NCBI GenBank assembly: GCA_964247055.1
Contig: OZ176052.1
Coordinates: forward strand, 1,922,001 to 1,986,000
Origin: Paragordius varius
Lineage: Eukaryota; Animalia; Nematomorpha
Direction: 5' to 3'
Length of the DNA stretch: 64,000 nt
The notes under the pieces are model-generated. The model had not been told where the DNA came from, searched no databases, and worked only from the letters and a program-made list of their open reading frames with translations. The position numbers and the translations under genes were made by a program. Below, in pieces: positions 14,484 to 27,197 of the stretch; within the stretch, counting starts at the first letter, position 1, and the number at the start of each line of letters is the position of its first letter.

Positions 14484-14753
14484 TACCATCTACACCTCAA
14501 ATTTACTCTTGAACATTTTATATTCACCCTAAAATTAAAGTATATTTTTGGGGTTTAATTTGACTCAGTATTGATGTGAATTTTTTCTTTTTTATGTAGT
14601 CTATTTTTCAAGGTTACGTCAATTATAACGAAACTTATTTTTCTTTGAATAACAAAAGATAGGAATTTTTTATTTTTAATTTGAAATCTTGGTCAATTTG
14701 AATTGTTCAATGGTGAATTTAAAATGTTCAGGGGTGAACTCGAGGTATTGGTA
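14484..14753. mobile_element. MITE family 1-related, degenerate
   Basis: TACCATCTACACCTCAAATTTACTCTTGAAC...GGGGTGAACTCGAGGTATTGGTA. Duplicate at about 56197-56466. Confidence 0.6.
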
Positions 14754-14773
14754 TACATAACCAAAAAATAGTA

Positions 14774-15015
14774 CAGTAAAAATTGAAATTATGCGGACAA
14801 AACGTTTAATGACAATTTTTTTTAAAAAGACAACCATATTTCTTAAACCATAATTTATCTTTTAAAATCATTTAATTATCATTGATTAAGTTACCAATTA
14901 CATCTCTATTTTTTTGTTTTGTAGTTTAAAAAAATTTGTTATTATTAAAAGAATAAAGATTAAAAAAAGTGTGGGGCGTCTTTTGGAATTTGTCCCTATA
15001 ATTTAAATTTTATTG
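14774..15015. mobile_element. MITE family 3
   Basis: TA|CAGTAAAAATTGAAATTATGCGGACAAAACG, with internal AAAGACAACCATA. Ortholog at 56487-56746, which has a clean right TIR ending ACTG|TA. Confidence 0.7.
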
Positions 15016-15615
15016 TATATTATGTTGAATTGGAAACGGCTTTAAACCTAGCAAAGACGCCACACTAAAAACAATTTTTGGTACAAAGTTTTATGTGAAT
15101 TGGCCATTTTTACCTTGTAAAAATAAATTACCTTTTTTAGATTTTTTGTTAAATTTTGATTTTTGCATGTAAAGATTAAAAATGATTTTATTTTTTCCCA
15201 TAAAGCTAACAATAAACCGTAAGAAATTTGTGACACATGTCCCACCAATGCATTCTATTTCGATATGGTTTTGACAGAATTATTGTGCCACATAGATGAA
15301 GTTCATCTTATATCTTATGATTAAAAAATAAGTTTTTACACAATATTTATATGTAGAATGAGCCTGATTTTGATTATGGTTTGCTATAAGGGGTTTGATA
15401 TATATATATATATATAGTCTTTGCATGGCACCATTTGGCATAAACAAAACACTTTAAGAACTCATTGAAAGTCACTTTTTTTATAAATCTATCGAATCAA
15501 TTTGAGCTTGACCAATTTAGAAGTAGGATTGGATAAAAAGCTCCACAATCTTTTATAAATTTTCCGCGTTATTTTTTGGACTATTTAAATTATTGGCCGG
15601 GCTTTTTTTTGTATA

Positions 15616-15805
15616 CAGTATATGCATTTTAATGGTTTCTTATTTCACACTGTATGTAGATGGGAAATTTCCCACACAGTAGTGTATGGAAAAACAACAA
15701 AATGTTGAATAACAATTTTTTCCTGTCTTTTTTCCATACACTCACTCGTGTGTTGCGAATCGCCCAACTATAGTGTGAAATAAGCAACCATTAAAATGCA
15801 TACTA
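15616..15805. mobile_element. MITE family 2
   Basis: CAGTATATGCATTTTAATGGTTTCTTATTTCACACT...AGTGTGAAATAAGCAACCATTAAAATGCATACT. Ortholog at 57302-57482. Confidence 0.75.
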
Positions 15806-16929
15806 TATATATTTCTAAGTTTAACGTATTTCAAATTACGGGTCATCGAACCATGCGAAAATGTTTTAAAAACAGATGCCATGCCAATATAAATATAATA
15901 ATCGAGGGTTTACCTAAATAATTTTATATGTTTTTGCCTTAGACAAATCGCTGTTATATTATTTTAACATTTTTTTTATTTTTTACAATACATATTCAAA
16001 TTGAAATATTTTGATATATTTAATATTTTCACCACAAAAAGGATATTTTTATAAGATATTATCATAACCATTTTATAGGACTCAATGAAAATATGCATTT
16101 AAAACAATAATTGGACTGATGTTTTGGTGCAATTTTTTGATTCCGGGGGTTGCATTAGATATAAAAACAGTTCTTGATTAAATGATTTGGGAAGTCACTT
16201 GAAAGTTTAATACTGGTCTATTATTTTTGTTAATAATAATTGGGTTTCATTTTTTGCCACCATTCTCATTAAGATAGTTGCCTTTCGTTAAAGGTAATAA
16301 AATTAACTATTGCTAGGTAGATTTTCATTTGGAATTGAGATTTGCTTTTTTAACATATTTTTCATTATTGGGAATACTAATTTTATTCTATAAACTTTGT
16401 ATGAAATTATTCTCTACTTTTCTCTACCTTATTTTAAATTCTTTTGAGTTGTGTTAACCTATAGATATCTATTTCAAGAGTAATTATTATAAAATTATCA
16501 TTAATTAATTTTCTTTTAAAATATAGACATAAAAATACTTTTATAAATCACATGTTAAAAATAGGTAACAAAGTTTAAATTTTAAACAAGGATTATTCAT
16601 ATCTGTTTTTAGAGAACAATATCATTGTTTGAAACGCTAAAAAGCTATTAGCTCCGGTTCTATATAAACAATTTCGGTTTGAATTCGGATATAAATTCTA
16701 TTGTAATTTTGATAATCACTTAAACAAAAAAAATTCAAACTAATTGCACTCCAATCTTAGTTCCGATTTTAAACTAACTCGATGTTTAATAGACATCCAA
16801 AACTGATTATATCATATAAATATATAATTATCAAATCAAAAAAATTTATTTACAATATTGTAATAATAACAAAATCATTAACTAAATACTACTATCTAAA
16901 AACATTATAATAAAAGGTAAAGCATTTTG

Positions 16930-18460
16930 TTTAAAGAGTTGGTTAGTTTAAGTTGTGGGAAAATAATTGAGTAATGTGAGGTGTAGGTGTTAGAAGGTAT
17001 ATGTAAGGTGAGGTGTGATTTTGTAGGAAGAGAGGATTTGGAGATGTGTTGATGTAATGTAAGAGAATATGGGAATATCAATTCATAAAATAAAAAAATA
17101 TTAAATATAAAAAATGAAAATGCTTAAAAGGTAAATAGGAGAGGTGATGTAATGAGTGTGTGAGATGGAAGGTGATGAATGGGATTGTTAGGAGGTTTTG
17201 TAAAAGGGGTGTAATGTAAGGGAATAAGGGTTTATAAAGTAAAAATATATTAATATATGTTTAAAAGTATCCAAAAATGAGATTTGATGAGTTTGAGGAT
17301 ATATAAGTAAGGTGAGGTGTGTTGGTAAATGTTGGGTATATCGTAAGGATAAGGGAATTTGAAGTAAAAATATATTCATATATAATAAGAAGCGTCCAAA
17401 AATGAGATTTGATGAGTTGATGTATATGTAAGGTGAGGTGATTTTGTAAAGATAGGGATGTAAAGCAAGGGAATATAAAATGAGGGAATATAAAGTAAAA
17501 ATATATTCATATATATAAAAAGTATCCAAAAATGAGATTTTTGATGATGTATATGTAAGGTGAGGTGCGGTGTAATGGTAAATGGTAGGTGATTTTGTGA
17601 AGATAGGTGTGTAAAATTAAATAATATTAATTAAATATAAAGATATGGTGAAAGAAAGAGTAAATTGGAGAGAGGTGATGTGATATGTGGGTTCATGAGT
17701 TGTAAGGTGAGAGTGTGATGAAAGGGATTTCGTATAACATGTGTTGATGTAATATATAAGGTAATATGGGAATAAAATTTAAATAAAATTAAAAATAAAT
17801 CTATTTAAGGTAAAAAGAATGTAATATTCAAAAAATAATGGAATGAGATGAGTTTGTTGTATGTAAGGTAAGTAAGATGAGGTGGGATGGTGAAAGAGAT
17901 GTATGTTGATGTAATTAATGTAAGGTAATATAAATTAAATAGAATATAAAAAGTATCCAAAAAATAGAAAAATATGTGATGAATGGTGAATTTGAAGATG
18001 TTTATGTAAGGTAAAGAGGTATGATGATTAATGGTATGTGATTTTGTAAGGATGGAGAATGGAATGGTTTGATATAAAATAAGGGAATATATTTTTAATA
18101 AAATAAAAAAATAATTTGAATATAGAATAAAAGATAGCGTTTAAAAAATAATGAGAGTGATGATAAAGGTTAAGGTGAATGATATGAGGTATGATGGAAA
18201 TGTTGGGTGATTTTGTAAAGAAAGAATGGAAGATATGTATGTTGATGTAATGTAAGGATGGGTAAAATTAAAAAAAATGTCAAAAGTAGGACATGTGATG
18301 TGTGTGGGTGTGTGTATGGGTGAGATGAGTTGAGGTTTGATGTAAAGGAATGTATTTCGTAGAATAAGAATGAGAATAAAAATATGAATATATGGAATAT
18401 CGAAATAGAAATATGTCAATATATATATGAATAATAATGTTGCATAAAATGTATATAGTG
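16930..18460 (+). repeat. Strand-skewed (G-rich, C-depleted) degenerate tandem array with units of about 125-145 bp
   Basis: G-rich and A/T-rich blocks alternate. AAAAGTATCCAAAAATGAGATTT-like anchors occur at about 17264, 17388, 17519 and 17949. GTAAGGTGAGGTG occurs at about 17003, 17327, 17428 and 17555. Almost no C on the + strand. Confidence 0.85.
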
Positions 18461-18503
18461 TGTGTTTGATATTTTGAATTCATTGAACACACTCCAACCA
18501 ACG

Positions 18504-20827
18504 TCATACACGGGTCTCCAAATAAAAGACCCCTAAATATCAAAAAATAAAAAAATTTTTATATTGTTAATGTAAAAGTGTTATTTAAAACTTACTGTAT
18601 GTTTCTCGAATAATACAATCAGTCATCACAGGTTCATAATCGCATGTACAACCCTTGCATTCCAACAAATCTATTCCTGGTAAGCCTGAATCTAGAGACT
18701 GCTCATCACAAGGTGAAGGGGTCCATGTAAAATACTGAGGTTCGTCATTGAATCTTACTGTTTTTTTCGGAACAGTTTTTTCTACATTTAATTAAATAAA
18801 TTTTGTAGCAATATCGATAATAATAATTGCTTTTTGCATTAATCTCGGTGTTGTAAAAAATGTTTCGAAATATTTATTTTACCGTTTGATTCAGGCGAAG
18901 TACAATCTTCATCGAAGGAATTATCGCTTTCTATTGCATTTATTTCTGCCCAACTAGGTTCTGGATAGAACAGTTCTCCGACAGGGGAAATCGGAGTCCA
19001 ACGGAAATATTGAACGTCTTCATTGAAAACCACTCTTTTTGGAATTGTTTCTAGTTTAATAAATTTTTATTTTATGGATATTATTAAAGTAACATACCCA
19101 AAAATATTTAACTATGTTTTTTAAGTTTTAATAAAAATCATAAAATAGTTTTTTACCATTTTTGCATCTATTTCGACCCTTGATGTTCGATTTCTTTTGA
19201 ATCGCATCAGGCTTACCAGGCGGACAAACAACTAATTCATGCATAATAAAATTGATTTTGTAATATTAAAACCTCATCAATTTTTTAAATAAAATCAGAA
19301 CATTAGAGCATATTGATCTCTCATTTAAAAATTTAACAGTCAATAATGCATGTTTGTCGTATCATGATTCACAAATAAGTATTGACTTAAAATGTTACTT
19401 TAAAATACATCACCTAAATTTTGGTTTTATGGATATAATTTCTAAATATTATAATTTTCACAATAGAGCTTTATGCCCTTTGAGTGTCTTTAAAAAATGA
19501 ACTCATCTCAAATTTATATGAAAAAAAAATGTTTTTTTTATAAAAATTTACATCAAATAAATAAAATATAAATTTTTACCAACTAAAGCGTCATTCTTTT
19601 CCATTTTCCCAAAACAAGGAAACAGACGATTCCACCACTTCTTCAAACCTGTAATTTAAAATTGATATTTAAGAATTTTTTAAAGATTAAACATTTTTGC
19701 AGCCCACGAGAAATTTAAAATATAAATTACAAAATCTGAATAAAATTGACAAACATATTTTTTGAATAAGTTTTTGCGGATTTTGGCAATGAAACAAAAA
19801 TTGTGAAAAATAGTAATTTTTACAGTCTTATGTTTGATTTATAATAAAATATTTCTTAATTCCCATATTTTGGGAAGGCAGCCCGTCGGATTAGATATAT
19901 TTTTTTAAAAAAGCCATTAGCTTTAATTCAAATTTTCATGAAAAATATTTTAAAAGTTCGAAGTTTAAAACATAATGACCTTGTCCGATAACACTTCTTT
20001 CATTATATTTTTTCTTTTGAATACGCTTGCGGATAAAAATATTTTTCATTTAATATACGATGTGAATGTAAATTTTCAGTAAAAGTAAATTATTTATTTG
20101 ATTGTTGCATTCTAAAATGTTTTAATTAGCCAACTTTATATAATGATTATTAAAGCAAAAATATTTTATTTTATATAATAGTGTTGGGTAAAACTTGTTA
20201 TTTAATACTTTTGAAGGAATTGAATGGTTTAAAAATTAGATTTTGAGTTTTATAAAGGATATAATTCGGTTCTCCAAACCAAAAATAGATTTGATTAATA
20301 TTTTGTTATTTGTCAAATGGATAACATTATCTAATAAGACAAATAAGGTGTTTAATAAGATTTCACAATACTCTAAATTTTAAAATATCTCCTTTTGATT
20401 ATAGGGAAAATATGGATAAGAACCGATACGTTCACAACATCTTAACATATTTTGCCCGATGTTTAGTTATTTATGCAATGTTTAAAATTTCAACTAGGCG
20501 CTATTATTGGTTATTGGGTTCTTGTTCGTTAATAGAAAAAAAATAAGCAGGTTTTTCGTTTTTTCTTATATAATCTCAAACTTAAAGATCCGGCAATCTT
20601 TTATAAAAAACTGGCAATATTTTTTAATCATACTGTATATATGGCTGTTTACTGTAGGTTTGGCTTTGACAGTATAGTAAATGTCAAACATATAGGTTAC
20701 ATGACAAAAATTTCAATTAAAATTAGAATAACTCTTTCTGTGGTTTTGAAATATACAAAAATTGTATAAAACCTTTCCCGCTGCCTTTTCTTCCGTCATT
20801 TCTCTTCTTTCGAATCCAAAAAGTCAT
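18504..20827 (-). CDS. Orphan 193-aa protein with two RVxF-like modules and a C-terminal PDZ-type motif (6 exons)
   Basis: Exons 20827-20773, 19648-19580, 19231-19157, 19050-18883, 18781-18596 and 18532-18504. All introns are GT-AG and phase 1, and internal exons are 69, 75, 168 and 186 nt. Spliced ORF: MTFWIRKKRNDGRKGSGKGLKKWWNRLFPCFGKMEKNDALVVVCPPGKPDAIQKKSNIKGRNRCKNETIPKRVVFNEDVQYFRWTP...ESNEKTVPKKTVRFNDEPQYFTWTP...CIIRETYRVFYLETRV*. Exon 1 (GTTTTA donor) is the least certain. Confidence 0.75.
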
Positions 20828-21572
20828 GATGAAAGATTTAATATTTACAATTAGTGATTTCAAAATAAATTTAAATTTTTTAAGTATAAATTGAGGTTTA
20901 TTAAATGATTGTTGCTTTTATCATGCTTAATGAAAATTATATGGTTACCATAAAAAAGTTCTTAAAATTTTAAAAAATATCAATAATTAATTTTATGATA
21001 ATAAACATGGGAATCAACAACCTTGTTTTAATATAAAATTTTCGTAAATATTTGTAATGTTCTTGGGGAAATTTCGTAAACGATGACACCGGCTTTATTT
21101 ACACCCAAAATTAAATTCATAAAATTCGTATCTTATAGACAAATATTTTGTTAAAAAATAACTGTTTTCTGTCTTCTTCAAAATATTTGTCCCTAAATTT
21201 TTATTTGACTATGTGCAAACTTTTTTTGTCATATCATTGATAATCCAATCTTAGTAGGGGAGGGATAACTGTTAGTTGAACCAATCACAATGAGATGAGT
21301 TATTGGGAAAGAATATAAAAAAAGTGTGAATTTTATTTTAATTTTCACTAATTAGTCTTATTTTAATATTTAAACTATTTATACCGATTTGAACGGTTAA
21401 CTTTAATTTGTTGGGCTTAATTATAACATATATATTTTACATTTGTGGTAATGATACCATTTATGACACAGAATGATTTAAATATGCAATCAAAAGGCCG
21501 AAACTCTATCTTACTGTCAAAAAAAGCGTCGGCAGAACATTATATATGTATAATTTCAAAAAAAAAATTTAA

Positions 21573-22430
21573 CACTTCATTTTAAATTGGGGTATCTAAA
21601 TAACCCATATATTTAAGAAGATATTTTAAAATAACTACTGAAAGAAACGGTCTCAATTTTAATTTATGCTTCTATCCTAGTAAAAAATATATAAATAAGC
21701 CGAAATATAATAAAATTAAGTTTTGAAAAAAAAGTTCCATATCAATCTTGACGCCATTTTTATTTTAAAACATTTTTGCGAAATATCGTGTTTATTCAAT
21801 TTTTTAGATAAAATTGAAGCTAATTTTTATATTTTAATCACATTTAACATTAACACTTCGATTCAAATTGGGATATCTAAATACCCCAGACTAAATTTGA
21901 GTTAGGATTTTTAAAAAAGTACCGAAGGAAACGGTCGCAATTCAAATTTATGCTTCTATCCTAATAAAAATTATATAAATATGCCAAAATATCTCAATAA
22001 AATTTTGTTTTGAAAAAAAAAGTTCCATATCAAACTACTTCGACGCCATTTTTATTCTACAAAATTTTTGCAATATCGTCTTCATTTAGTTTTAAGGGTA
22101 AATTTAAATATTTTTTATTTAAATTATATCTAACATTGATAGATTTAGAAAAAGCTGTTTAATTTGTATTATTTTTCAATTTTACTATTGCGCGCATGTC
22201 ATGGTGTCTAAATTTTTACCTCTCGGTTTTAGCTCAAAATAAGTAATATCATGTATTTTTATGAAATTTTTTTTTATATATTTCGGTTTATTAATGTTAT
22301 ATAAGTACAAGATTTTGCCATGGTTTCGATTCATTCCATATTTTTTAAAGAATTTAATTTCAAACAGGCCTGGAGTATTTAACTACCCCAATTTGAATCA
22401 GGACTGAAATGAATGAGTTGTATCCAAGTG
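21573..22430. mobile_element. Possible piggyBac-like non-autonomous element with a tandemly duplicated left portion of about 280 bp
   Basis: TTAA|CACTT...AAGTG|TTAA. The subterminal motif TTCAAATTGGGGTATCTAAATACCCCA occurs at about 21585 and 21862, and inverted at about 22372-22398. 21573-21853 repeats at 21854 to about 22135. Confidence 0.45.
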
Positions 22431-23796
22431 TTAAAAAAGGAATTATTAAATGTGGGCTAAACATTGAAATTACACTAATAAAACATTTAAAATTGTTTTT
22501 TTTCACTAGAAGACAACCATACTTTTTTAATCTTTATTATTATGTATAAACTATATTATTACTCTTGAAAATCCAATTTACATTGCTATTTCCTATTTTG
22601 CAGTTTTAAACAATGAATTACATCCAAAAATTTAGGATGAAAAAAAGAATAGCTGCCTTGAAAATAAATATTTGTTTTTATGTTTTTACATTTTGTCTGT
22701 ATAATTTCAATTATATAATGTAGGCATGCTCAAATGACCATTAATCCACATATGATTATCAATAAACTAAAAATCACTAACATATATGAATTACAACTCA
22801 CACTCAACCCTGACACAATTGAGTAGTATTAAGGCTTTAAATCTACTCTATTTAAAGGAAAAATCAGAAAGATTTTAGACGACAAAAAATTTAAAATAAG
22901 TTTTATATCATCCAAAAATATGGTTTCTTTGAAATTAGGCAAACTTACCAGCGAACTAAACACCAAAAACCAAAATATCAAATAATTTTTTTAAAACGTT
23001 AAAAAAATCATATATCATATTATAAGAATAGATGTGTAAGAAGTTAGTTAAAACACTTCACGTAATGAAACTTTTTTATTTTTATAGGAAAATAGTTTAA
23101 ATTAATTTATGCTACTTTTGTGTATAAATTTGGTTATATTGGGCATGATTATATAAAGATCATACATTGTAGCCGTACCCGCACATCTACGGACGGCGGA
23201 ATTATTCCTCTGCCAAAACACATTTAATATTGTATATTAATTATATTCAATAAAGATATATAGTTTTAAGCTTTTGGAATTCATGAGATGAAGCATAAGA
23301 ATTTTATACAGCTTAAGTGTAATATGCCGCTTATTGAATATTAATAATTAAATATATAGTTTTTTAAATCAAAATAGTAAAAATTAGTCAAAATTAAAAA
23401 ATTTTTTAAAATTATACAATTAATTATGCTACAAACAACGAAATTCAAAAGTTAAAACCGGATTTCCTTAAATTTTTGTAATATACCCATAATATTTTTG
23501 AAAAAAATACGGGTTTTCGGACACTATGTAATACTTTATTGATACTTTCTATATTACAATTTCTAAATAATAATTCAATGTATGAGTGTTGTGTAATGAT
23601 ATCTAGACATAATTGCTTTTGGAAATTTGGCATATATGGTTTACTTCATTGTTATCTGCTTCAATCCGCATCTCATAGCGTCGATTAAACACTCTCATCG
23701 GACTATGTTATAAAAATATGATATAAAAATATATTGCAATTCAATGTTGAGATGGCTTTTTCATGTTTATTTCAATAAAAATACATAAGATATACA

Positions 23797-24053
23797 TACC
23801 ATTTACAGTTCAAATTCACCCTTGAACAATTTAAATTCACATAAAAATAGATTGTGTTGTTTAAGATTTAAAATTACCCATATTTTTAAATATTTGAAAA
23901 AAAATTATTGAGAAATTTATATAATACTGAAAATAATAAACTATGCCATAAAGGTATATTTATTCATGCTGAGTCATATCAGCCCGAAAACATTAAATTT
24001 ATTTTTGGGGTGAATTTGAATTGTTCAAGGGTGAAATCGAAGTGTAAATGGTA
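23797..24053. mobile_element. MITE family 1
   Basis: TACCATTTACAGTTCAAATTCACCCTTGAAC...GTTCAAGGGTGAAATCGAAGTGTAAATGGTA. Confidence 0.8.
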
Positions 24054-24234
24054 TATAAGGGTATTAATTTATCCCAACACATTAAAAATTGTTTATTTTT
24101 CAAGAGGTTGTTTCCACAATTTTCAAAACTAGATCCAATTTGAGTATTTAAAAGTTATTCAGTTCATTAGATAATTATTGTAGAAGACTTTTAATTTTAT
24201 TTGATTTTTACTGAAAATCCTATATTTAAGTGGA

Positions 24235-24720
24235 TTTAGCTTTTTAAAAATTCACAATGAAGTACTTATCATAACTGGCAATGAAATATTTGGAGAGTGT
24301 CGCACTTATTCCATAATCAGCCAAGATTTCTGGAAACAGTTGCCTTTGGAATTTGTGAAGAACCATATGGACCAATATTCTGTGGGAAGGAAAGATAAAC
24401 ATGCTCTGTTTAAAATTTATGATCGCCACCTTATTTTTAAAACAATTTATTAGATTAATAAGCATATAAATTATAATCGAATAAATGCTAAAAATATATT
24501 CATTTATCTAATTGAACTATGTTTCCTTAAAAACAGGATATTAGTCAAATTCCACTGTTTTTAACAGAAGTATTACCGCATCCTCAACTGGTTCTGGGAT
24601 TTAATTCGTGAGACGCATAAAAGTAAATTCGGTAAGTTTTGTCATTGAAAAACCACCAGTCTTCACTTTGATCCGTATTCCACATCATAAAGGGGGAAGT
24701 CAAATTTATTGGTTGACCTT
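24235..24720. pseudogene. Coding-like island of unclear origin
   Basis: Higher-GC patch. The + frame gives FLKIHNEVLIITGNEIFGECRTYSIISQDFWKQLPLEFVKNHMDQYSVGRKDKHALFKIYDRHLIFKTIY*, followed by an AG-GT-bounded KYYRILNWFWDLIRETHKSKF. Minus-strand frames are interrupted by stops. Confidence 0.3.
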
Positions 24721-25950
24721 ATTAAAATAAAATACGTAAAGTGTAAAAACAAATATTATTTTTTCAAACAGCCATATTTTTTAATTATGGAATTTTTCTA
24801 TACAAACTATTTACTTATAATTATAAAATACCAATCTGCAATCTAAAAGGATAATTTATAATTAATAAAATCAGTATGGTTGTTTTTTGAAAAACTTATT
24901 TGCCTTTTTATTTTAACAATTTATATTCAATTTTTACTGTAACTGGTAAAATACAATGCTTTTCCAACTATCACACAACAGGAAACATTTTACTTTAAAG
25001 ATTACTTTACTAAACGTTTTCACTTTTTTAAAATATTAATTTTAATTAAAAATAAGAAGGAAAACCGGGAAATCCGTTGATTTTTAACCAAATCTAAATG
25101 TGTTTGGTCATTATGTTTAAATCAATACTAGACGCTTATAATGATGCTAATTTATTACCTTATTTATTAACTTTAAAGTTTTATATCAGACATAAATTAA
25201 AGCCAAGCAAATCTATATATTCATGTTTTTCAACATTAATTTATTTTAATATAAACAATAAGTTTATCCACCTATGCATTAAAACAACTGGAAAATGGAT
25301 GATATTTTCAAAAAAGTTTTGGAATTTTTGCCTGAGTCAGATAATGATATCTTTAGAGCAATTGAAAGTAATAATTATTTTATATATACTATATGATAAA
25401 CTTCATCTACTTTTATGTGAAGTAATTCATACACATTTTACAAATATAATCGACAATTGTGTATTATTGTGCGATTTTTATGATTTTGATATATAAGAAA
25501 CTCAATATAATAATAATAATAAATAAATTTAACTCAAAAACGCAAATATTTATAAAAAGTTCATAAAACAAAATGTATTTTTTAAAAAAAATTAATCGAT
25601 AAAATTACCTCATTTAACGGAATCGGAACAATAAGATATTTTAAATAAAATTGAAAATAAGGATATTGAACATTATTTAAATCATTATATTTACATGCGA
25701 ATATTAGGTAAATTAATTACAATTGGAACCGTAGGTAAATACATATCAATATATATATATATATATATATCCCAATTATATTTTTTTAAATTCATATTAA
25801 AATAATCAAATTTTTTTATACAAATATATATATAGATAAATTTGGGTATTATTCTTATATTTTTTAAGAGATAAAAATTGTCACACCGATTCATAGTGAG
25901 ATTCGTTGATTTTTATTGAAAAATATTTTATTATACCTTCCGATCATTAA

Positions 25951-26007
<57 letters not shown>

Positions 26008-26252
26008 AAAATATTTTTTTATTCATATAAGGAAACGGTTAAAATTTCACCAAGTTTTATTTTTATAAAAGAGAGAGCTAATAGTGATTATTTTTAATTT
26101 CCTTACACAGCTACATTGAGTTTATTATTAATAGAGATTTATAAATTTTATCGATTTATCTATGGTGGTAAATATTATGATAAATTAAATTAATGACTTA
26201 ATAATAATTTTCATATAATTGTCAAAAATTTTCTGTGGGTTTCGAATAGTTT

Positions 26253-26291
<39 letters not shown>

Positions 26292-27197
26292 GGTCGAACT
26301 AATACACTTTTAACAAATGTTTAACTTGAATCTTATTAATATGGTTATTTAAAGCTATTTTTTTTGTTAATTAAAATTTTAGATAAATTATTATTATGAT
26401 ATTTAAAATCGATAGATTTTCAAACAAGTCGTCCACAAATTGGAAATTATGATTTTATCAGGTATACTTTTTTTACAATCTTTAAAGCATATTTTTTATT
26501 ATAGAATCCTATTATAAGGAAAATTTGGTGAATTATGATTTAAGCAAAAATAACATTTTATATGCCTGAATACACTGACAATAAAACTCTTTCTCCAACA
26601 ATAAACGAATGATTTTTTAAGTCATTAATATTTATTTTGCATTTTGACAATGATTAATTCCCTTTTTCCAATACAATTAAATACCTCTTAATATACTTTA
26701 TTTTAGCTAGTTATACGAATTAGATATAATCAAATAAAGTTAATTTTGTGTTAAAATAAAATTAAGTTTAGATAATTATTTGTATGTATTATAAATAAAG
26801 CCGATAAAAATGATGTAGACACAATTTTAACTGTAACTTTAGCCTGGGAATTAAATACGTTTGGTTGAATGATTAAAAATTTTTTAATTAGATTTTAAAG
26901 TTTTTCGCTTTTAAATCTTATTTATTATTCACGAAAGGCAGGATTTATTATCTAAAAATTTAAAAATATGTCAGTTCTATTCGATATTTTTATTATATAT
27001 ATCTATCATTAGATTAAAGTATATTGAAATTTTGGATTTGATGGTCAAGGGTGGGGATATTCCTTTAGCTATTAATTTGACTGGTTTTGAAGTGATTATT
27101 ACAATTTGTAAATTTTTAATTTTTTAATCAGTTTTTTTTTGATAAAAATCAAAATATTAATGGAAAATGTATCGCAACATATTTATATTATTTCATA

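Larger units (their letters stand above)
1..16117 (+). repeat. Segmental (tandem) duplication, copy A
   Basis: Collinear with 40103-57788 across exons, introns and shared MITEs. Homology begins at base 1 (ttttacgcatttt vs ttttacgtatttt at 40103) and ends at gcatttaaaacaataa-tggact (16117 / 57788). Confidence 0.95.

Noticed and set aside
15170-15600. Possible extra exons after the terminal exon of gene A (ortholog at about 56900-57290)
   Set aside because: A/B differences include a frame-breaking 4-nt indel and stops, unlike the true exons.
17188-18543. Minus-strand ORFs 17188-17529, 18141-18419 and 18280-18543
   Set aside because: The first two are stop-poor artefacts of the G-free minus strand of the skewed array. 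18280-18543 is in a different frame from the spliced last exon, which stops at 18504.
20400-20545. Short plus-strand frame (ENMDKNRYVHNILTYFARCL...) inside the orphan gene's first intron
   Set aside because: A single segment ending in a stop, with no partner exons found.
25098-25496. 132-aa plus-strand ORF
   Set aside because: No recognisable motif or clear splice link to gene B. Its composition is compatible with AT-rich non-coding DNA, so it is left uncalled.
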